NCBI GenBank assembly: GCA_042093175.1
Contig: JBELFC010000003.1
Location: 851 to 64,850 of the forward strand
Direction of reading: 5' to 3'
Source of the DNA: Tenacibaculum sp.
Lineage (GTDB): Bacteria; Bacteroidota; Bacteroidia; Flavobacteriales; Flavobacteriaceae
DNA length: 64,000 bases
A model generated the notes under the pieces. That model saw only the letters and a list, made by a program, of their open reading frames with translations. It had not been told where the DNA came from and ran no database searches. The translations under genes and the position numbers were made by a program. Below are positions 57,192 through 64,000 of this stretch, piece by piece. Position 1 is the stretch's first letter. The number at the start of each line of letters is the position of its first letter.

Positions 57192-58475
57192 ATGAAAGAA
57201 GATTTTTTGCACTATGTGTGGTTGCACATGTTGTTTAGTACTCAAAAAATAACTACTACCAATAACGAATCTTTAAATGTTATAAAAGTAGGAATGCCGA
57301 ATACAAATTCAGGACCTGATTTTTTTAATGCTCAACTTCAAATAAATGCACAAACTTGGGTTGGAAATGTAGAAATACATGTAAAATCGTCTGATTGGTA
57401 TTTACATCAACATGAGTCAGATGAAAATTACGACGCAGTAATATTACATGTCGTTTGGGAACATGATTCAGAGGTTTTTATGAAAAATAATAAAACCTTA
57501 CCAACTTTAGAGTTATGCCATTATGTGGATAAAGGGTTATGTGATAATTATTTGAATTTAGTATCAAAAAGGATGAAATGGATTCCTTGTGAAAAAGAAG
57601 TAGCTACTATAGATAGTTTTTTACTGAAAAACTGGATGGAAAGATTATTTATTGAAAGGCTAGAGGCTAAATCAATTTTGGTTAATCAACTGTTAGAAGA
57701 ATCTAATAATGATTATGAAGCTGTATTATTTAAATTACTAGCTAAGAATTTTGGTTTAAAAGTAAATGGAGATGCGTTTTTCAAATTAGCAAAATCTTTT
57801 GATTATTCAATTTTAAGAAAAACTTGTTTTGATGAGTATATTTTAACGTCATTATTATTTGGACAAGCTGGTTTTTTAGAAGAGAATATCCAAAATAAAT
57901 ACTTTTTAGGGTTGAAAAATGAATATGAATATTTGAAACATAAGTACCAATTAAAATCGTTAAAGAAAAATCAATTTCAGTTTTTTAGAATGCGGCCTGC
58001 AAATTTTCCAACGATTCGATTTGCACAATTAGTAGCATTAATACATACCCATCAAAACCTATTTTCTAAATTAATGAAGTGTAAAAAATTAAATGATTTC
58101 TATAATTTGTTTTTAGTTGAAATCAATAATTTTTGGAAAGAACATTACACTTTTGAAACAACGAGTAAAAAATCATCAAAAAGGTTAACTAAGTCATTTA
58201 TTGATTTGTTAATTATTAATACAGTGATTCCGTTAAAGTTTGTTTTTTTCAAGAGCAGAGGAGGAGTAAATGAAGATGACATTTTGAATTTAATAAAAGA
58301 ATTGAAGCCAGAAAAAAATAGTATTATCAGTAAATTTTCTGAATTAAAAATAACTTCAGAAAATGCTTTTGAAACGCAGTCGTTGTTAGAACTTAAAAAT
58401 AATTATTGTGAGAAATATCGTTGTTTGGAGTGTGCTATAGGGAATGACTTGTTAAGAAATAATGATATATTATAA
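57192..58475 (+). CDS. DUF2851 family protein
   Basis: N-terminal EDFLHYVW, NTNSGPDFFNA and GNVEIHVKSSDWYLHQH motifs, with a C-terminal CxxC (CLECAIG). Confidence 0.8.
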   Translation: MKEDFLHYVWLHMLFSTQKITTTNNESLNVIKVGMPNTNSGPDFFNAQLQINAQTWVGNVEIHVKSSDWYLHQHESDENYDAVILHVVWEHDSEVFMKNNKTLPTLELCHYVDKGLCDNYLNLVSKRMKWIPCEKEVATIDSFLLKNWMERLFIERLEAKSILVNQLLEESNNDYEAVLFKLLAKNFGLKVNGDAFFKLAKSFDYSILRKTCFDEYILTSLLFGQAGFLEENIQNKYFLGLKNEYEYLKHKYQLKSLKKNQFQFFRMRPANFPTIRFAQLVALIHTHQNLFSKLMKCKKLNDFYNLFLVEINNFWKEHYTFETTSKKSSKRLTKSFIDLLIINTVIPLKFVFFKSRGGVNEDDILNLIKELKPEKNSIISKFSELKITSENAFETQSLLELKNNYCEKYRCLECAIGNDLLRNNDIL

Positions 58476-58533
58476 AATCATTTAATTTGTTCTGTTTATA
58501 AAACTCATATATTTGTTATAAAATTTACTAAAA

Positions 58534-59271
58534 ATGAAAAAACTATTTATTACAATTGTTTCATTGTCTATTTTATTTATGAGCTGTAAAGGTGGCGATA
58601 AGTCCGGAAAAACAGTAGAAACAGCAACGGAAGAATCAGAAGTGAAAACAAGTACAGCTATTTGTTTACTTGATAAGTTGTCTATAAGAGAAACTCCTTC
58701 AGCAAAAGGAAAATGGATAACTTCTATGAGTTTAGGAGAAACGGTTACTTTTACTGAAGAAGAAGAAACTGATGCAACAACAAAGAAGTTGTATTACAAA
58801 GTAAAATTAACTGACGGAAAGGAAGGATGGACCAGAGCTACTTTTTTAGCAGTTAATGGTAAAGTTGGTGCTATGTTAGAAGGAGCAAGTGTGTATAAAA
58901 GACCAGATTTACTTACTAAAACTGACAAAAAATACAGTGTAATGGATATCATAGCTGTAACAGAGAATAAAGGTGATTGGATGAAGGTTAAAGGCCGTAG
59001 AGCAGAGGGAGAGTATATTGAAGAAGGTTGGATAAAATCATCTAATATATCAAATGATGAAATTGATATAGCAACTGCTAAATTTGCCAGGTCAGCAATG
59101 TCTAAATCAACAATGACGGAAAGAATCAAAGCATTAGAAGAGGTAATTAATAATCAAGATTTATCTTCTTCAAAATTTATTAATGTTTTGAAAAGTAAAA
59201 TTGCTGATTACAAAACAAAAAATGTAGCTATCGACGTAAAAGATGTTAAGGTAGAAGAAGTAGCTAAATAA
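58534..59271 (+). CDS. Lipoprotein with probable tandem SH3-like domains
   Basis: Lipobox FMSCKG. Two segments of the LSIRETPS...GW and ASVYKRPD...GDWMKV...EGW type are bacterial-SH3-like. The call is tentative. Confidence 0.55.
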   Translation: MKKLFITIVSLSILFMSCKGGDKSGKTVETATEESEVKTSTAICLLDKLSIRETPSAKGKWITSMSLGETVTFTEEEETDATTKKLYYKVKLTDGKEGWTRATFLAVNGKVGAMLEGASVYKRPDLLTKTDKKYSVMDIIAVTENKGDWMKVKGRRAEGEYIEEGWIKSSNISNDEIDIATAKFARSAMSKSTMTERIKALEEVINNQDLSSSKFINVLKSKIADYKTKNVAIDVKDVKVEEVAK

Positions 59272-59287
59272 TATTTAAACTTAATTA

Positions 59288-59328
59288 AAAAAAAGCGTTT
59301 TTAGAAATTTCTAAAAACGCTTTTTTTT
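59288..59328. terminator. Bidirectional terminator
   Basis: 13-bp stem aaagcgtttttag/ctaaaaacgcttt, with A and T runs. Confidence 0.8.
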
Positions 59329-59344
59329 ATGTGTAAATCTTTGT

Positions 59345-61798
59345 TTAGTATAGACTTTTGAATTTTTTAGGGTTAGATTCATGCATAATTTCATACACTT
59401 TTTCAAATACATCTTCTGCAGATGGTTTAGAGAAATAATCTCCATCTGTCCCATACGCAGGTCTGTGTGCTTTAGAAGTTAATGTTGCAGGTTTACTATC
59501 TAAATGTTTATATCCATTTTGAGTTTCAACAATTTCTTGTAATAAATAAGCTGAGGCTCCTCCAGGAACATCTTCATCAACTACTAATAACCTGTTTGTT
59601 TTCGCTATTGATTTAACAGTGTCATGGTTTAAATCAAAAGGTAATAAACTTTGAGCATCAATAATTTCAACACTTATTCCTACTTGAGCTAAATCTTTAA
59701 CAGCTTCTTCAACAATACGAATGGTAGAACCATATGATATTATAGTAATATCTGTACCTTGTTTAATTGTTTCAACAACACCAATTGGAGTTTTGAAATC
59801 GCCTAAATTGGTAGGTAGCTCTTCTTTTAAACGATATCCATTTAAGCACTCTATTACTAAAGCTGGATCATCACCTTCTAATAAAGTGTTGTAAAAACCT
59901 GCAGCCTTAGTCATGTTTCTTGGTACTAATACATGAATACCTCTTACATTATTTATTATTCCTCCCATTGGAGAACCAGCATGCCAAATACCTTCTAAAC
60001 GATGTCCTCTAGTACGGATAATTAAAGGAGCTTTTTGTTTTCCAAAAGTACGGTAACGTAGCGTAGCTAAATCGTCACTCATTATTTGTAAAGCATATAA
60101 TAGGTAATCTAAATATTGAATTTCAGCAATTGGTCTTAAACCACGCATAGCCATTCCAATACCTTGCCCTAAAATAGTAGCTTCTCTAATTCCAGTATCA
60201 GAAACACGGAATTCACCAAATTTTTCTTGTAAGCCTTCTAGCCCTTGATTAACATCTCCAATGTAACCAGCATCTTCTCCAAAAATTAAAACTTCTGGGT
60301 GTTTTTTTAAGATTGCATCAAAATTATCACGCATAATAACTCTAGCATCTACTAGTTTTTCTTCACTAGTATATTCTGGAGTTACTTCAGTAATGTTCCC
60401 AGTAGCTAATTCAGTTTCACTCATTAAGTGAGAAGAGTACTTAGAATATGCTTCTTGTAAATATTTTTTAATAAAATTTTGAAGTTCTATTTTTTCAGAA
60501 AAGTTTTCATCTTTTAAATATCGTAATGTTTTACGAGTAGCTACTAAAATATCTTTTCGAATAGGTTCATTAATGGCTTCTAAATCATTTTTTAATTTAG
60601 AAATAAACGTACCATTACTACTTTTTTCAGAAATTCTAGTAAGTAAGCTGATAGCAGTTTTTGTTTCAGCTTTTATTTCACCAGTAAAAGCAGCCCAAGC
60701 ATCTCTTTTAGCTTTACTAACTGATTTTTTTGATTCTTTTTCTATGTTTATTAAATCTTCTTCTGAATCAACAAACTTTAAAACTTTACCATCTTCATCT
60801 TGTAATTCAAACTCTAAAATCCATTTACGCATTTGAGTAACACAATCAAAATCTTGTTCCCATTGTAAACGTTCTTTAGATTTATATCTTTCATGTGAAC
60901 CAGAAGTTGAATGACCTTGAGGTTGTGTTAATTCTTTTACATGAATTAATACAGGTACATGCTCTTCTCTTGCTATTTTAGAGGCTTTGTTGTAAACATC
61001 GATTAATTGTACATAATCCCAACCGTTAACAACAAAAATTTCATACCCTTTATTTTTGTTATCACGTTGGAAGCCTTTTAATATTTCTGAAATACTTTCT
61101 TTAGTCGTTTGATGCTTTGCATGAACAGAAATTCCATATTCATCATCCCAAACATTCATAACCATAGGAACTTGTAATACTCCAGCAGCATTAATAGTTT
61201 CAAAAAACAACCCTTCACTTGTACTAGCGTTCCCAATAGTACCCCAAGCTACTTCATTTCCTTCATTAGAAAAAGAAGTATGATTTTCTAAGCCTTTAAC
61301 ATTTCTATAAATTTTAGAAGCTTGAGCTAATCCTAATAAACGAGGCATTTGACCAGCAGTAGGAGAAATATCTGAAGACGAGTTTTTTTGAGCAGTTAAG
61401 TTTTTCCATTCACCATTTTCGTTTAATGAATGTGTTGCAAAATGCCCTCCCATTTGACGTCCAGCAGACATAGGATCTTGGTTAATATCGGCATGAGCAT
61501 ATAAGCCCGCAAAAAATTGTTGAGCAGTTAATTCTCCAATAGCCATCATAAAAGTTTGATCACGGTAATACCCTGAACGGAAATCTCCATTTTTAAAGGC
61601 TTTAGCCATGGCTAATTGTGGAACTTCTTTACCATCACCAAAAATTCCGAATTTTGCTTTTCCTGTTAATACTTCTCTACGACCTAGTAAACTACACTCT
61701 CTACTAATACGAGCAATTTTGTAATCGTTTAGTACTTCTTTTTTAAAATCATTAAAAGAAAGTTTTTGAGTATTAGCTATTTCGGTACTTTGCATCAT
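59345..61798 (-). CDS. Fused alpha/beta 2-oxoacid dehydrogenase E1 component (TPP-dependent)
   Basis: The N-terminal E1-alpha TPP-binding region and the C-terminal E1-beta/transketolase-like Pyr and C domains sit in one 817-aa ORF. This is a common Flavobacteriia arrangement. Confidence 0.85.
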   Translation of the reverse strand: MMQSTEIANTQKLSFNDFKKEVLNDYKIARISRECSLLGRREVLTGKAKFGIFGDGKEVPQLAMAKAFKNGDFRSGYYRDQTFMMAIGELTAQQFFAGLYAHADINQDPMSAGRQMGGHFATHSLNENGEWKNLTAQKNSSSDISPTAGQMPRLLGLAQASKIYRNVKGLENHTSFSNEGNEVAWGTIGNASTSEGLFFETINAAGVLQVPMVMNVWDDEYGISVHAKHQTTKESISEILKGFQRDNKNKGYEIFVVNGWDYVQLIDVYNKASKIAREEHVPVLIHVKELTQPQGHSTSGSHERYKSKERLQWEQDFDCVTQMRKWILEFELQDEDGKVLKFVDSEEDLINIEKESKKSVSKAKRDAWAAFTGEIKAETKTAISLLTRISEKSSNGTFISKLKNDLEAINEPIRKDILVATRKTLRYLKDENFSEKIELQNFIKKYLQEAYSKYSSHLMSETELATGNITEVTPEYTSEEKLVDARVIMRDNFDAILKKHPEVLIFGEDAGYIGDVNQGLEGLQEKFGEFRVSDTGIREATILGQGIGMAMRGLRPIAEIQYLDYLLYALQIMSDDLATLRYRTFGKQKAPLIIRTRGHRLEGIWHAGSPMGGIINNVRGIHVLVPRNMTKAAGFYNTLLEGDDPALVIECLNGYRLKEELPTNLGDFKTPIGVVETIKQGTDITIISYGSTIRIVEEAVKDLAQVGISVEIIDAQSLLPFDLNHDTVKSIAKTNRLLVVDEDVPGGASAYLLQEIVETQNGYKHLDSKPATLTSKAHRPAYGTDGDYFSKPSAEDVFEKVYEIMHESNPKKFKSLY

Positions 61799-61849
61799 AA
61801 GTCATCAAATTTAGGAACGGTTACAAAGATAGTTTTTTTAATTGAATTT

Positions 61850-61891
61850 TAAAAATCAATCTTTTTATTGAATATTTCTCAATAAAAAGAT
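61850..61891 (-). terminator. Terminator after the large 61917-64000 gene
   Basis: 13-bp stem atctttttattga/tcaataaaaagat, with a U-run on the minus strand. Confidence 0.65.
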
Positions 61892-61916
61892 GAAATTTGA
61901 AGTATTTTTGAATATT

Positions 61917-64000
61917 CTATAATAAACCTCTTCTTATAAAATTATAAATCCTATCAATATTAGTTGTAATTACAAATCTTATTTTTGAAGGATATGCAGA
62001 TTTATTTATTTCCCAACCTTGATTTGTATATATAGGGAAGTAAAATTCAAAGATATTAGGGATAAAATTAATTTTAATTCCATTTTCATAGAAAAACTCA
62101 GGAGATTGGTTTCTGTTTTTTAACATGGCAATATCATTATAAACTTGAGTCCATTTCCAAATACTAACGCTAGAATTCGCAGCTAGTATAAACTGATTAG
62201 CTGTTTTTGGGGTATTGTATTTTGATTTAAAGCCAGCATCTGAAATAACAAATTGTTGGCTAAAAAGCCCAGAACTTTCTGATCTTCCAAATAAATTATG
62301 CTCAAATAAGTAATCAGAACTTCTATTTAATCCAAAACTAAAATAATCACCAATAGAGTTATTTGTAATAAATACTCCTCCAAAAAAACGAAAGTCATAA
62401 CTTTTATCTGAAGCAAAAAACTTACGATACCTCACATCAGTTGATAATTTTGTAAAATTATTACCCAATTCAAAATTGACTGCATATTGAAGTCTTTTAA
62501 TAATATTAGGTTTGTTGTAAATGTATCTGAAGTTAAGTACTTTATATCTATCTCTTTCAGTGATTTCAGCTCCAGGTTCTACTTCTTTGTTTATATAAAA
62601 TAAACGAGTAGTTAAAAATTTCGAGCCTACATCTCTTAATGTTTTTCTTCTAAAAGAAATACTTACAAAAGGAGCTAACGAATTATACCCTAGCTCTGGG
62701 GCGTAATGAAAATTACTCCCACTGATACCATATCTTATTTTATAGATAGATGAATTTTGCATAAAATGATCATATCCTATAGAAAAAGCTCCCGTAAAGT
62801 TTTTGCTTTTCGTACTATAGTTTGGAGTAATAGAGAAGTTAAAGTTATGTGGAATAATTGGTTGGTTATTTATTTTAATACCCAAAATAACTCCATCGTA
62901 TAAATTGTATTTAAAATCAGGTTTATAAAAAATTTGATTGTAATAGGGGTCTTCAACATCTTTTAAAAATCTTAATTGAAAAGGTTTACTCAATAATTTA
63001 TTATCTGTTGTTCTAAAGTTGTTAAGAGAATTATATTCAGGATAAATATTCTCATAGTTTAAGGCTAGTTTATTAAAATTTCCTTTTTTAACTTTGATAG
63101 TTTTTGTTGAATCAACATTGGTAACCCATTGTTTAAACTTAATTTTTTTCTTATTAATACCGTATAGAGCTACTGGAGCTGTGAAATTACGTTTATTTTT
63201 TATTGTTACAAGTAAAGAGTCTTTTTGTTGGTTTTCCTTTACAGAAGTAATTTTATAATCTATTTTTTTTGTTGTCTTTAAATAATCAGTATAAAACCAA
63301 TTTAAGTCTTTCTTGGTATTATTTTTTAAAATAGAGATGAAAGAAGTGCTTGGTGCTGTTTTTAAGTGATTATTGAATAAATATTGTTTAATAGATTTTT
63401 GAAAAATACTATCGCCAATAAAATCTTGTAAATATTTAAAGCCTAAGCCTACTTTGTATTTACTAACAATTTTTCGATTAAAGTTCGATAAAGAGTCAGC
63501 CGGAGTTGTTAATGATTGATCGTAAAACCTTCTAGCGCTAAATTGATAAACAAAAGCAAATTTATCACTTTGTTTAAGTTTACTTATGTTGTAAAATTTT
63601 AAAGGCCAGTAATTTGAATATTTACCTAGAATAGTTGTTTTAGCATGATGCTTTTTTAAGTACTCCATCATTAAAAATGTTTGTAATCCATCAGAAAACC
63701 AATAGTCATTACGTTGATTATGAAGTAAAATATCATTAATGTATTTAGAACTTAAGGCTTTAAAAAAGTTAATTTCCCACCTAAAGTTTTTAGGAAATGG
63801 TTTAAGCCAACTCGGTAGTCCATATATTTCATGTAAAGAGTTTTTATTAATAGTATTAGCATCAACAAAAATTTCTGTATGTGGGTGTTTACCTATATAA
63901 CTTTCTATAAATTGAATTTGTTTTGTAATAATACTAGTAGTAGTTTTTAATGATATATTCTTAGTATAAGCATCAGTTTTAATTTCTTGAGTTTTTGTTT
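61917..64000 (-). CDS. Large conserved hypothetical protein (5' end outside window)
   Basis: The reading frame stays open upstream of the listed Met (63671) all the way to nt 64000 (...NDYWFSDGLQTFLMMEYLKK...). The C-terminal half is rich in aromatic/beta-strand-like repeats. Function unassigned. Confidence 0.7.
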   Translation of the reverse strand, partial: TKTQEIKTDAYTKNISLKTTTSIITKQIQFIESYIGKHPHTEIFVDANTINKNSLHEIYGLPSWLKPFPKNFRWEINFFKALSSKYINDILLHNQRNDYWFSDGLQTFLMMEYLKKHHAKTTILGKYSNYWPLKFYNISKLKQSDKFAFVYQFSARRFYDQSLTTPADSLSNFNRKIVSKYKVGLGFKYLQDFIGDSIFQKSIKQYLFNNHLKTAPSTSFISILKNNTKKDLNWFYTDYLKTTKKIDYKITSVKENQQKDSLLVTIKNKRNFTAPVALYGINKKKIKFKQWVTNVDSTKTIKVKKGNFNKLALNYENIYPEYNSLNNFRTTDNKLLSKPFQLRFLKDVEDPYYNQIFYKPDFKYNLYDGVILGIKINNQPIIPHNFNFSITPNYSTKSKNFTGAFSIGYDHFMQNSSIYKIRYGISGSNFHYAPELGYNSLAPFVSISFRRKTLRDVGSKFLTTRLFYINKEVEPGAEITERDRYKVLNFRYIYNKPNIIKRLQYAVNFELGNNFTKLSTDVRYRKFFASDKSYDFRFFGGVFITNNSIGDYFSFGLNRSSDYLFEHNLFGRSESSGLFSQQFVISDAGFKSKYNTPKTANQFILAANSSVSIWKWTQVYNDIAMLKNRNQSPEFFYENGIKINFIPNIFEFYFPIYTNQGWEINKSAYPSKIRFVITTNIDRIYNFIRRGLL

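Noticed and set aside
63300-64000. M1-family aminopeptidase call for the large edge gene, based on HEIYG and WFSDGLQTF resembling HExxH and WLNEGF
   Set aside because: The second His is missing, the spacing to the Glu-like position (about 45 aa) is wrong, and the Glu is replaced. The evidence is insufficient, so I left the protein as hypothetical.

Overview
The window looks like an AT-rich (by eye roughly 30% GC) chromosomal segment from a marine Flavobacteriaceae-type Bacteroidota genome. Evidence for that placement: a T9SS C-terminal sorting domain, TAnnTTTG-type -7 promoter boxes, a DUF4293-rho arrangement, DUF1599-folP synteny and a fused E1 dehydrogenase. Most of it is densely packed core or housekeeping genes: folP, cdaA, truA, rho, trxB, peroxiredoxin/thioredoxin, two tRNA-Pro genes, and a fadN/fadA/fadE-like beta-oxidation operon headed by a MarR regulator. 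There are also ABC transporters, MscS, crcB and a sodium:solute symporter. The more accessory content is:

- a TonB-dependent receptor plus beta-propeller phytase pair with an adjacent TPR/LuxR-type regulator;
- an ECF sigma / anti-sigma / 2x DUF4097 operon;
- a TPR sensor kinase / lipoprotein / NarL-type response regulator module;
- a PLP-dependent histidine decarboxylase divergent from an Lrp regulator;
- a tri-modular LRR T9SS surface protein;
- a tandem pair of mosaic LamG-like secreted paralogs;
- a 1.16-kb ORF-free gap next to tRNA-Pro(GGG) that carries a repeated hairpin with a C-run loop.

I found no transposase, integrase, CRISPR array, restriction-modification or recognisable defence or toxin-antitoxin genes. 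I cannot point to a clear novel multi-gene system. The most unusual signals are small repeats and hairpins, putative operators, and the mosaic paralog pair. All function calls come from motif and family recognition by eye. No searches were run.
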